Below are positions 7,949 through 17,710 of a stretch of 41,247 nucleotides of DNA, piece by piece. The position numbers were made by a program, and so were the translations under genes. Numbering within the stretch: the stretch's first letter is position 1; every line of letters starts with the position of its first letter. This stretch comes from Candidatus Pacearchaeota archaeon (GTDB lineage: Archaea > Nanobdellota > Nanobdellia > Pacearchaeales > GW2011-AR1). Under the pieces are notes generated by a model. It had not been told where the DNA came from. It made no database searches and saw only the letters and a list, made by a program, of their open reading frames with translations. The DNA is taken from NCBI GenBank assembly GCA_023475035.1, contig JAMCXF010000033.1, positions 2,868 to 44,114 of the forward strand. Reading direction: 5' to 3'.

Positions 7949-8020
7949 TGGCCCTGCGAGGAATTGAACCTCGGTCTTGTCCACGTCAAGGACACGTCTT
8001 AGCCGTTGGACTACAAGGCC
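7949..8020 (-). tRNA. tRNA-Val(GAC)
   Basis: GGCCTTG...CAGGGCC-A; anticodon arm TGTCC-TTGACGT-GGACA; T-loop TTCAATT. Confidence 0.92.
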
Positions 8021-8072
8021 TTTCCCTTAAGTAGAAAGAAACGTTTAAAAAGTTTGTTTATTAATCTATTTT

Positions 8073-8276
8073 ATGGCAATTAAAATTGGTGGTTTAATAT
8101 TCGTTGCAAATCTTATAATCGGATTATATTTTATCAATGCAGGATTTAATTTTATTGTTCTTCCTGAACTTTTTCTTTCTTTAAACAAATGGATTAACAT
8201 CGTTGGTGGTATCTTATTAATCATCGGCGGATATTTTGCTATGAGGGCTATGACTCCTATTGCTCTCCGAAGATAA
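8073..8276 (+). CDS. Small two-TM membrane protein
   Basis: 67 aa, two hydrophobic helices, TATA-like tttaaaaa upstream. Confidence 0.7.
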   Translation: MAIKIGGLIFVANLIIGLYFINAGFNFIVLPELFLSLNKWINIVGGILLIIGGYFAMRAMTPIALRR

Positions 8277-8345
8277 ATCTTAATTTAGGACAACGTTTGA
8301 CATTTTTCTGATAAAGTTTATATACGTAAAATTCATTATTTCCTT

Positions 8346-10190
8346 ATGCTAGAAAAAGAGAGGATGAAGCGAGGACAGGTTACAATTTTTATCATTATTG
8401 CGATAATTATTGTTGCAGGAGTTGCAATTTTTTTATTTGTCTGGCAGGGAATAAGCATTGGACAAATTCCTTCAAATTTTGAACCAGTTTATAACACTTT
8501 TTTATCATGTCTGGAAGACAGAACAATGATTGGAATTGATATTCTTGAAAGTCAGGGGGGATATATTGAACTTCCTGATTTTGAACCTGGCTCTGTTCAT
8601 ATGCCTTTCTCATCGCAATTAAATTTCCTTGGAAATCCAATTCCTTACTGGTATTATGTTTCAGCAAATAATGTTCAGAAAGAACAAATTCCTTCAGAGC
8701 AGGATATGGAAAACTCTCTTGAGAATTTTATTAACGACGGAATAAGAGAGTGCAATTTTGCAAGTTATTATCAGGAAGGATTTGAAATTGTTCAGGGAGA
8801 ACCGAGTGCAAATGTCGACATAAAAGGCAGCAGCGTCGATGTCCGATTGGATATGAGCATGGAAATAACCCGCGGGGAAGATACAGCCTTGATAAGAGAA
8901 CATAATGCAGTTGTTAATTCAAGACTTGGAACTCTTTACAATTCAGCAAAAACTGTCTACCAAAAAGAACAGAGGGAATTATTCCTTGAGGATTATGGGA
9001 TAGACAATTTGAGATTATATGCTCCTGTCGACGGTGTTGAAATAAGCTGCAGCCCAAAAACGTGGAACAGTCACGAAGTATTTGGAGACTTGCAGGAGGC
9101 AATTGAAACAAACACTCTTGCACTAACTACGCAAACACCGACGACAAACGAGGGAAGATATTTTTATGTCGACGCTGGAATAAGCCAAGAGGCACGATTC
9201 ATTAATTCACGAAACTGGGCTTACAGCATTGAAATTCTGCCTTCTCAAAACGGACTGATGATTGCAGATCCTGTCGGAAATCAGCAAGGGCTTGGAATTC
9301 TCGGATTTTGTTATGTTCCTTATCACTTTGTTTATAATGTAAAATACCCTGTTTTAGTCCAGATTTATGAAGGAGATGAAACATTCCAGTTCCCTCTCGC
9401 TGTTATAATTCAGGGAAACAAACCAAGAGAAGAATTAACTTCTTCTGCAACCGACGAGGAGATAGAATTATGCAGCTACAAAAATACAGAAGCCACTGTC
9501 AGAACTTATGACAAAAATCTTAATCCTGTAAATTCAGTTATTTCCTACGAATGCTTCGGAGAAAGCTGTTTCATCGGGAATACAACTTCAGGAATTTTAA
9601 CAACTGAATTTCCGCAATGCAACAACGGATACATAATTGCAAAGGCAGAAGGTTTTGAAGAATCGCAGCAATTATTCTCGACGACAACAGAGGGAAGCGC
9701 AAGCGTGATAATGAACAGGCTTTATGATTTGGATGTGTCCTTAAAATTAAACGGAAACAACTACAACGACAAGGCATTCATTTATTTTGTTTCAGATTCA
9801 AACTCAAAGACAGTCGCTTATCCTGAACAAAAAATCGTTGAATTAAGCGAAGGAACTTATGAAGTTTCAGTTTATGCTTACAAAGATTCTTCGATCCAGT
9901 TGCAGGAAACTACTCATCAGGAATGTGTTGATGTCCCAAGTTCAGGAATTGGCGGAATATTCGGAATTACAGAAAAAAATTGCTTTGATGTAAAAATTCC
10001 TTCACAACTAGTTACAAATGCTCTTGCAGGAGGAGGAACATTAGAGTTCTATTTTACTGAAAATGAATTAAGCAGTTCAAACACTATTGAAATAAACGCA
10101 GCAGGATTTGCAACACCGACGACAATTGAACAGCTGCAGAATAATTATCTTTTATTTGAAGATGCGCAACTGGAGGTAACATTAAATTGA
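8346..10190 (+). CDS. Large surface protein with class III (archaeal type IV pilin-like) signal peptide
   Basis: MKRG/QVTIFIIIAIIIVAGVAIFLFVW; acidic, beta-rich body with several Cys. The start may be the second Met at 8364. Confidence 0.8.
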   Translation: MLEKERMKRGQVTIFIIIAIIIVAGVAIFLFVWQGISIGQIPSNFEPVYNTFLSCLEDRTMIGIDILESQGGYIELPDFEPGSVHMPFSSQLNFLGNPIPYWYYVSANNVQKEQIPSEQDMENSLENFINDGIRECNFASYYQEGFEIVQGEPSANVDIKGSSVDVRLDMSMEITRGEDTALIREHNAVVNSRLGTLYNSAKTVYQKEQRELFLEDYGIDNLRLYAPVDGVEISCSPKTWNSHEVFGDLQEAIETNTLALTTQTPTTNEGRYFYVDAGISQEARFINSRNWAYSIEILPSQNGLMIADPVGNQQGLGILGFCYVPYHFVYNVKYPVLVQIYEGDETFQFPLAVIIQGNKPREELTSSATDEEIELCSYKNTEATVRTYDKNLNPVNSVISYECFGESCFIGNTTSGILTTEFPQCNNGYIIAKAEGFEESQQLFSTTTEGSASVIMNRLYDLDVSLKLNGNNYNDKAFIYFVSDSNSKTVAYPEQKIVELSEGTYEVSVYAYKDSSIQLQETTHQECVDVPSSGIGGIFGITEKNCFDVKIPSQLVTNALAGGGTLEFYFTENELSSSNTIEINAAGFATPTTIEQLQNNYLLFEDAQLEVTLN

Positions 10191-13100
10191 ATAAAAAAAT
10201 TTTTATTCTTTTCATACTGACAATTTTATTTTTGCAGATTGTTTCTGCAGAAGTTTTTTCAAATGTTCAGAGTTCAGTGTTTACAAAAGAATCAACAAAA
10301 GCTTTTGACAATGCCTTGTGTCAGGAAGGAAAAGACTTTCTTGTGCAGATTGCTCCTTTCGGATGCGAACCTGCAGTTGTAAGAACTGACTTGCTGGAAG
10401 AGAATGATGTTCAGGTGCATTGCAAACTCGGAGCAACACAAATAAATCCTTTAATTGACGTCGAGACAATTGACAGCATTTCTTTTACAGGAAATTATCC
10501 TGAATCAGTTTCGGGAATTGGATTTCATCCTGCAAAAGCTGCATTGGGAGTAAAAGGAGATTTGAATTCTCCTGTACTGAACAATATTGGATATCTGGTT
10601 ATCAATTTGAAAAAACAGTCAAATGCATCAGCAATTCCTGATTCTGTCGAGGGAACTCTGACTGCGAGAATAAAATACAACATCAAAAATGCTCTCGGAA
10701 TCGGAAGCGCATCACTTTATCTTCAGGAATTAACTCAGGCAGACTGGGCAGACAAGAGAGCACAATACAATTTCTGGAACGGAAAAGGAACATTAAAAGC
10801 AGATGCAATAGGGAGCGACAGCGCGCAAATTTCTGTTTATTCTAATGAGCAAAAAATTTCAAGCGTCAACTTGGACAGGGGAGAGACTTCAAATATGATT
10901 TACATTCCTGGACTGCAATGCCAGGCAGGATTAAAATTAAAACTTGATAGTCTCGAAAATCCAAACACCAGAGCAGTCTTAAGAGTAAATGCAGAAGTAT
11001 TTGAAGTCGCTGCATGCGGGAGCAGTCTTTTCGGTTCTTCCTGCGAGAAATTCTTAGACAATAAATGCACAGTTGTAAGCTTGGAATCCCGAGGAATTAA
11101 TCAGAAAGCGAGAATAAAATGCATCGAAGATGAGAAGACAAGTGAGTTCAGCCTGATAATAAGCCCCAAATTAATTCTAAGCATTAACGGAGCTGAAAAC
11201 GAATACAGCGTCGGTGATTACTTATACAGCGAAGGAAGCAAAAGAGTTTATCTTGCATATATAGGAAATGAAAGAAACAAAAATGACATTAATTCCCTGT
11301 TTGCTTTTTTTGTTTCCAAACCTTCAACAGCAGACAAGCTCAGCGAAGAAGAAATTACATCTTTAGATTCTTTAATCTCCGACATAACTTACAGCGGAGT
11401 TAGTTCTTCAGGCATTATTGATTCAACAAATGATGCGCTGAAAAGTTTTGCAGGATTACTTGTTGCTTTTGGAAGATCTATTAATTCCGGAGAAGAATTG
11501 TTTACTTTGCGTTTTGCAGATGGGGAACGAACTATTTTTGGACAGAATGTTGCAATTAAAAATTTCGTCGGAGCACAGGACCTTGCACTTACAGGAACTG
11601 CAAAAGAATATTACGAAAACGCAAAAGAAGCTTACGAAACAATAAGAAACAGTTACACTTCTGAACCTTACACAAAAGATTCTACTTCAACTTTTGGCGA
11701 AGAAGCTTTTTACAATGAAATATTACTTGCGTGGAGATCCAATCAAAGAAAAACTTCTTATGACTTGTGCCAGGAATTTATGCAGGCATATCCTAACTCA
11801 AACAAGGACTTAAGTTACTGCACCGACGCTATAAAAAATGCAAATGAAGAAATACAGGAAGTTTATGTGACAGTCAATGGAGAAATTAAGACAATTTCTT
11901 TTGACGGAATTGTTGAACCTACTTTTGACGATTACGGAGTAAGAATTGTGATGAGCACCCCTGATGGAATAAATTATTTTGATTTGACAAAAGGAAAAAT
12001 TGTTTATACAAATGAAAACAATGCAGATTATCTTCAGCTTGTTTCTGCCGATGATGATTCTGCCGAGATAAGAACGAGTTTCAGCGTTGAGGGGCTGACT
12101 GAAAGCATAGCAAAAGAATTCAATACAGGGATAATCAGACTGGAGAAAGATACTCCAAAATCTTTTTTAGGAGGATATTCTTTTACCTTAACAAGAATTA
12201 ATCTTAAAAAAACTGCAAAAGTTTCTGTAATTCCGAACATAAATAATGCAGGAACAGAAGCAAACTTTAGTTTCAAAATTGGAATTGAAAAAAGAGCAAT
12301 AAGCCTTCCTCCTGAAAAAACCAGAGAGATAATTACAAATCTTAACAAGACAATAAATCAGTGGAGTGGGATTTCAAATACTCTCGGAACAACCGTTCAG
12401 GGACTTCAGGCAGGATGTCTTGCTGCGGGGACTGCCTTAGTTGCAAAGAACTTCCTTACAGGAACTGGCGGAGCAGGAATTGCAAGACAAACTGTAATGA
12501 GAGGCAGCGACGGATGGACAGAAAAATGCACTGATTTAGTTGCTCAAAAAACTTACGAGTCATTAGATAAATGCTACCTTGAAAATTCGGATAAAATTGA
12601 CAAAGATGTTGAAGAAGTTTCAAGAATTATTGAACAGCAAAACACAAGAATTAAGCAATTGGAATCTGGGATTACCAAAACAGAATTTTTAACTGACAGC
12701 ATTGTAAACACAAGCGCATTCATGCAGAGATATATTCCTGAAGTTAGTGAATGCATTGGAAATCAAGGCTATACAGACCCAAGCGGGAAAGGAGCTGAAA
12801 TAACTTCTGCAGATTTGAATTCAATTTCTTACATCAACTGGGAAGATAATAAATATTTCAGCAAAGAAGATTTGAGAGACATTGAATTATATTGCGATGT
12901 CTTGAAATCAAACACTGCAAGCAATGAGTTAAAAGCAATTGCAAGACAAAGAATTTATTCTAATTTGCTAGATGTTAAAACAAATGCAGGAAATAAAGTT
13001 GTCATTACGAATTTAGCAAATTCTTTCGGAATTGCATCTGATGACATAACTTTTGTTGAAACAGGAGAAAATGTCAGAAAATTCCGATATGAGGGATTAA

Positions 13101-16100
13101 CAAATGGAAATACTGGAAACAGAATTTCAGGGGAAGGAATTACTTCTGAAACGCCTGTTGCTGTTGTTTCAACTTCCGACGGAAAACAGTACATTGTTGC
13201 ATTAGACAATTCAGCAGGAACACAACAGCTCCCTGTAAAGAAAGTTTACACTTCTACTGGAGTTCCTGTAGATACTCCTCCAGAATTTACAAGAATTTAT
13301 TTCCAGAGATATGACGCAGGCAGTTATCAGAATCAGTACAAGAATGCACAGTTAAGATATTATGAGACTGAACCTTACAAAGGACTTCCTGCAATGGTTC
13401 CTTTTGATTTGAAAAACGGATGGTATGCAGCGACGAAACAAACTCTTCCTACTGGAGGAAATATTCAGCCATTTGACTCTTCTGCGCGTCCTAATAGTTT
13501 TTATTTATGTAACGTCGGAGAAAACGGATTGGAAGAATTTCAGACAATTGGCGATGATACCTGCGAAATGATTAATCTAGGAACAGGAATGCCTTACAGC
13601 CAATTCCCAGGACTTGACGAGAGAGAAGCAAAAACTTTGATAGACAAAGGTGTTCAGGCAATTTCTCAGGCATCAAGATTATACAGAGCAGGATTGTCGG
13701 GAAAAGTTAACATTCTTGGAGAAGTTGTTGAAGTTGGAAGTCCTGCAGCAGATATTCCTCAATTCCAATGTCAGGATTTTATGTCTCCTAAAGAATGTCT
13801 TTTATTATTCAACTTGTGTGACCCTGTAATTTGTCCTTCGAGCAGATGTGATTTGGGCGGGGCATATCCTGTCAAAGATGTTGTGCAATCAGGAGTGATA
13901 GGAAGCCTTGTTTTGTGTTTGCCTAACATGCAGGAGGGAATTATTTTCCCTGTATGCCTTACAGGAGTAAAAGCAGGCCTAGATGGATTTTTGTCAATTC
14001 TTAATTCTTACAAAGATTGTCTTCAGGAAAGCTTGGACACAGGAAAAGTTGTAGGTATCTGCGACGAGATTTACAGCATTTATGTTTGTGATTTCTTCTG
14101 GAGACAAGCACTTCCATTCGCCGACATAGTGATTCCAAAAGTTGTTGAATCTCTTCTTGGGCAAAATGTAAGAGGCGGTGGAGAATATGCAGGAGTAGAA
14201 AGTTCATGGAGCCTTGCTGAACAGTCAATAAGTTATTTCACAAATTATTACGGTGTTAATGCAAAGAATGCATTCCTGACGAGAACAACAGAGACAATAC
14301 AGAGTGAAGTGTGCAAATCATATGTTTCTGCAGTTGTTCCAACAGGCGCTGATTTTGTAAATAAAATAACTACACCAGCTTCTCCTGTTCAGTTCACAGG
14401 AAGATTTGATGAGATTCCGTTGACAACTGCAACAGTTCCTCCAACTTCGCATTATAAAGTATTTTATCATATATTTGCAGGAAAAGATTCTGGCGCTTAC
14501 TACCAAGTTTATCTGAAAGGAAGCCCTGAAACTTCATACTATCAGGATGCATCGCAGAATTTGATAATTGCTTCTGGATACGTCGCTGTCGGAGGTTATG
14601 CAACTGACACTCCTGACTTGACAGCAGTTTCAGGATATAATCAAATGTGCATAAATGTAAACGGGCAGGAAGTATGTGGGTTTAAGGAAGTTTCAACTGA
14701 CTTTGCAATTAATTACGTCAAGGATACTTATCTTGCAGAACAGGCTACTACGACAGACATAACAACAGAGTCTGAATGCATCTCAGGAAGTGCGAGCATT
14801 TACAATTTACTTACTCCCAATGCTCAGGCTGGTGTTGAAGGAGCAATTAATCCTGCGATTTATGACAGAGGAATAACGAGAATATGTGCAACAGAAAATC
14901 CTGGACTGGGAACTGACATTAATGTTTATACTACTACTCCTGTAACTGGCGGAGTAATAACAGGAAAAGTTGGATTTATCGACGAGGAAGACAAAACCCC
15001 TACGCCAACAGAAACAACAATTGAAGAAGTTCCTCCAACAACCATAGAAGAAGATAAAAAAATAATTGAAAATCTCACAAAGGATCCTGGAGTAGTTGAA
15101 GGGCCAAGATGGGTTGCTGTTGGATATTGTGATAATGAAAAAATAAAATGCTGGCTTGATACTGAGAGTGTCAAAGATGTAATAAAGGGAACAACGATTG
15201 AAGGAGATGCGTTGGATGAAGTTACACAAAATTATATGGAAGTATTGCTTAATGAGGGAAATTACTTGAGTGAAAAGGATTTCTCTTCGGCAATTCAGGA
15301 AATAGAAAAAGAAAAAGACAACTCAAAGAAACTGAATTTAATCAGCAACATCTTTGGAAATGTATTTTGGAGCACAGAAAAAGTTCAGTTGATTTTCTTG
15401 AGAGGAAATGCATATGCTGAATTGCTGGCTGTTGTTTTAAAAGAACAACCAAAACCAGATCAAACAATTACAGGTGTTAAAGAAACAGAAGGAGTAAAAG
15501 AAAAATATCTTAACCTTGACGCACGGGATAGAGTTCTTGCTGCTGCTGCAGATTTAGACGGCACAATTGTTCCCGGAAGAAACCTAAAAACAGGAACTGG
15601 ATTAGGCGCGGTTCCGATAAATAAAAATTGTCTTTCTGCTGCATATTCAGTTTATGAAACTGCAGGAGTTAGTTATTCCTGTGTTTATTCAAATCCTTAT
15701 TCAGACAAATTTGCAATTAAAACAAGCGCAGCGATGGAAAATACTCTTACAAGAAATGGTATAACAAATTTACAGGCGTATAATGCTGCCAAATCATCAG
15801 CAGAAACGCGAACAATAACTCTTGATGTTGACAAAAGACCAGACAAAACTCACGCCACCTGGATTACCAATGAAAGATGCAAGGGCGTTACTGAAGAACA
15901 AAAATTGAACTCTCTTCAGCCTGGAGATTTCATACTTTATGTATGGAGTGCAACATGGCCTTCCTACAATAATTATCAATCTCTTGCATATGACTATGAT
16001 CACGCAGCAATTTTTATTCGATGGGCTGATGAAAAAAACAGGATTGCAGTATTATTTGACTGGAATGGAGCTTCACCCGGAAATAGCTGGGGAATAAAAA

Positions 16101-17035
16101 TGGGGGAGCAGGATAAAAATGGAAAGATTTGCACAGATGAAAATAGATATTACAACAAAGATAAAAATCCAACACCTTTCTGCGCAATTTACAGATATTA
16201 CGAGGTGGATTTGAAAGATGATGCTCACCCTGTATACTTGTTCCAGGTACCATATATAGCAGGACAGTCAGTTCCAGGAGATAAAAAAGGCGTCGATACT
16301 ATTACAACTGATTCGGACTCTGCAGACGCATCCAGAATTTCTGAAATAATCAATCCAACTTATCCTATAAGCTACAAAATATTTTTAGAATCAACTAAAT
16401 TTGCAGGAACTTCAGGAACTTCTCTTTCATTTGTGACTCAGTCATTATCCAATGCGAAGGCAGTAAGCAAATCTTTCCCGACGATTAATGAATTGACTTC
16501 AATCTTAAGTGCTGACAAAAATTTTGTCGAAGTTGACATTAACAATCTCCAGAAAGGTGATGTAATTTTATTAGGAAAAGGATGCGATTTGGATTCTGTT
16601 GGAATCTTTTCTGAATACCGTTCTGATAAAAAAGAGATTACTTATTACACAAGTGTCGACGGAAAAGTCCAGGAAGTTAAAAGCAGTTTTGTCACAAAAA
16701 TAGACTTTAATTTATTCATTTACAAATATGTTTACCGAGCTTACAGATATGTTGGAGATTTAACTGACACTGAGAAGAATACGGTGGTGAAGGCAAGAAC
16801 ACGATGGACACTTTCTTCTGCTCTTGAGAGATTTATTTCTGCAGGAGCGCCAACAGGAGATTATAATAAGAATAAGATTTTCTCTGATGAAATTGTATTC
16901 GACGGAATTCTTACAAAACAGGAATGCCAGGATTTGACAGGGGGAATTTTAGGCTTTGGAAAAGATATGAACTGGCTTAAAACAAAATTATTGGAAAAAC
17001 AAAGTGCTTCAGGAGTTTCTGGTTTTGCACATTAA
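10187..17035 (+). CDS. Giant (2282 aa) secreted Cys-rich protein with TPR-like segment and C-terminal NlpC/P60-like modules
   Basis: Uninterrupted 6.8-kb ORF; TTG start overlaps the upstream TGA; Sec-type signal MNKKIFILFILTILFLQIVSA; Cys clusters; late motifs NCLSAAYSVY / LQPGDFILY / DHAAIF. Confidence 0.85.
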   Translation: MNKKIFILFILTILFLQIVSAEVFSNVQSSVFTKESTKAFDNALCQEGKDFLVQIAPFGCEPAVVRTDLLEENDVQVHCKLGATQINPLIDVETIDSISFTGNYPESVSGIGFHPAKAALGVKGDLNSPVLNNIGYLVINLKKQSNASAIPDSVEGTLTARIKYNIKNALGIGSASLYLQELTQADWADKRAQYNFWNGKGTLKADAIGSDSAQISVYSNEQKISSVNLDRGETSNMIYIPGLQCQAGLKLKLDSLENPNTRAVLRVNAEVFEVAACGSSLFGSSCEKFLDNKCTVVSLESRGINQKARIKCIEDEKTSEFSLIISPKLILSINGAENEYSVGDYLYSEGSKRVYLAYIGNERNKNDINSLFAFFVSKPSTADKLSEEEITSLDSLISDITYSGVSSSGIIDSTNDALKSFAGLLVAFGRSINSGEELFTLRFADGERTIFGQNVAIKNFVGAQDLALTGTAKEYYENAKEAYETIRNSYTSEPYTKDSTSTFGEEAFYNEILLAWRSNQRKTSYDLCQEFMQAYPNSNKDLSYCTDAIKNANEEIQEVYVTVNGEIKTISFDGIVEPTFDDYGVRIVMSTPDGINYFDLTKGKIVYTNENNADYLQLVSADDDSAEIRTSFSVEGLTESIAKEFNTGIIRLEKDTPKSFLGGYSFTLTRINLKKTAKVSVIPNINNAGTEANFSFKIGIEKRAISLPPEKTREIITNLNKTINQWSGISNTLGTTVQGLQAGCLAAGTALVAKNFLTGTGGAGIARQTVMRGSDGWTEKCTDLVAQKTYESLDKCYLENSDKIDKDVEEVSRIIEQQNTRIKQLESGITKTEFLTDSIVNTSAFMQRYIPEVSECIGNQGYTDPSGKGAEITSADLNSISYINWEDNKYFSKEDLRDIELYCDVLKSNTASNELKAIARQRIYSNLLDVKTNAGNKVVITNLANSFGIASDDITFVETGENVRKFRYEGLTNGNTGNRISGEGITSETPVAVVSTSDGKQYIVALDNSAGTQQLPVKKVYTSTGVPVDTPPEFTRIYFQRYDAGSYQNQYKNAQLRYYETEPYKGLPAMVPFDLKNGWYAATKQTLPTGGNIQPFDSSARPNSFYLCNVGENGLEEFQTIGDDTCEMINLGTGMPYSQFPGLDEREAKTLIDKGVQAISQASRLYRAGLSGKVNILGEVVEVGSPAADIPQFQCQDFMSPKECLLLFNLCDPVICPSSRCDLGGAYPVKDVVQSGVIGSLVLCLPNMQEGIIFPVCLTGVKAGLDGFLSILNSYKDCLQESLDTGKVVGICDEIYSIYVCDFFWRQALPFADIVIPKVVESLLGQNVRGGGEYAGVESSWSLAEQSISYFTNYYGVNAKNAFLTRTTETIQSEVCKSYVSAVVPTGADFVNKITTPASPVQFTGRFDEIPLTTATVPPTSHYKVFYHIFAGKDSGAYYQVYLKGSPETSYYQDASQNLIIASGYVAVGGYATDTPDLTAVSGYNQMCINVNGQEVCGFKEVSTDFAINYVKDTYLAEQATTTDITTESECISGSASIYNLLTPNAQAGVEGAINPAIYDRGITRICATENPGLGTDINVYTTTPVTGGVITGKVGFIDEEDKTPTPTETTIEEVPPTTIEEDKKIIENLTKDPGVVEGPRWVAVGYCDNEKIKCWLDTESVKDVIKGTTIEGDALDEVTQNYMEVLLNEGNYLSEKDFSSAIQEIEKEKDNSKKLNLISNIFGNVFWSTEKVQLIFLRGNAYAELLAVVLKEQPKPDQTITGVKETEGVKEKYLNLDARDRVLAAAADLDGTIVPGRNLKTGTGLGAVPINKNCLSAAYSVYETAGVSYSCVYSNPYSDKFAIKTSAAMENTLTRNGITNLQAYNAAKSSAETRTITLDVDKRPDKTHATWITNERCKGVTEEQKLNSLQPGDFILYVWSATWPSYNNYQSLAYDYDHAAIFIRWADEKNRIAVLFDWNGASPGNSWGIKMGEQDKNGKICTDENRYYNKDKNPTPFCAIYRYYEVDLKDDAHPVYLFQVPYIAGQSVPGDKKGVDTITTDSDSADASRISEIINPTYPISYKIFLESTKFAGTSGTSLSFVTQSLSNAKAVSKSFPTINELTSILSADKNFVEVDINNLQKGDVILLGKGCDLDSVGIFSEYRSDKKEITYYTSVDGKVQEVKSSFVTKIDFNLFIYKYVYRAYRYVGDLTDTEKNTVVKARTRWTLSSALERFISAGAPTGDYNKNKIFSDEIVFDGILTKQECQDLTGGILGFGKDMNWLKTKLLEKQSASGVSGFAH

Positions 17036-17065
17036 TTCTAAAAACTATATTCAAATCAAAAATAA

Positions 17066-17149
17066 TGCGGAGTATAGGATTTGAACCTATGTAGGCACTA
17101 AGCCGACAGCTCCTAAGGCTGCCCCGTTTGACCACTCCGGCAACTCCGC
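17066..17149 (-). tRNA. tRNA-Leu(UAG)
   Basis: GCGGAGT...ACTCCGC-A; anticodon arm GCAGC-CTTAGGA-GCTGT; long variable arm; T-loop TTCAAAT. Confidence 0.95.
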
Positions 17150-17191
17150 ATATGTATTTATCAAAAATCATTAATATAAAAAGTTTTAGAA

Positions 17192-17710
17192 TTATTCTTC
17201 AGCCCATTTTGCAAAATCCGGATAGCCTTTTGAGAATAATACAAAATCTTCTGCTATTTTTTCTATAACTGTTCGCCCTGACAAATAAGACTCTTTTGCA
17301 TAACTGTTATCTTCAATCATTTTCATAACTTCTTCTTTTGAAGTTCTTATGATTATATCTTTTACTGCAGTTTCTCCGTCGTTGATTATAACATCTCCTT
17401 TAACGATTTCTATATTGTAAGAATTTACAAAATACACATTTTCAGCGATGTATAATTGGATTTTTGGCGTGACATCTGAAAAAGGAACTTCGTGAATGCT
17501 TTGCAGTTCCAGTCCAACCATCAATGCTCTTATTGTATCTTTCTGAACATGTTCGCTGTATATTCCGGTTTGCTTATTTCCCTGCAATGATTCGTAAACA
17601 TAAAACAGCGCTATAATCAAGACAATGCCTTCAAAAACATAGAGAAATATTTTCGGGATATCAAGCTCTTTTTTTTCCTGTCCGAAATTTTTTTTAAATA
17701 TAGGGTTCAT
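17192..17710 (-). CDS. Membrane-anchored hypothetical protein, possible SCP2-like lipid-binding fold
   Basis: One N-terminal TM. The C-terminal pattern INDGE...DIIIRTSKEE...SYLSGRTVIE resembles SCP2 domains (by eye only). Confidence 0.6.
   Translation of the reverse strand: MNPIFKKNFGQEKKELDIPKIFLYVFEGIVLIIALFYVYESLQGNKQTGIYSEHVQKDTIRALMVGLELQSIHEVPFSDVTPKIQLYIAENVYFVNSYNIEIVKGDVIINDGETAVKDIIIRTSKEEVMKMIEDNSYAKESYLSGRTVIEKIAEDFVLFSKGYPDFAKWAEE

Noticed and set aside
8021..17065. Integrated island bounded by tRNA-Val and tRNA-Leu
   Set aside because: No integrase and no duplicated tRNA-Leu 3' end found by eye; composition resembles the flanks.
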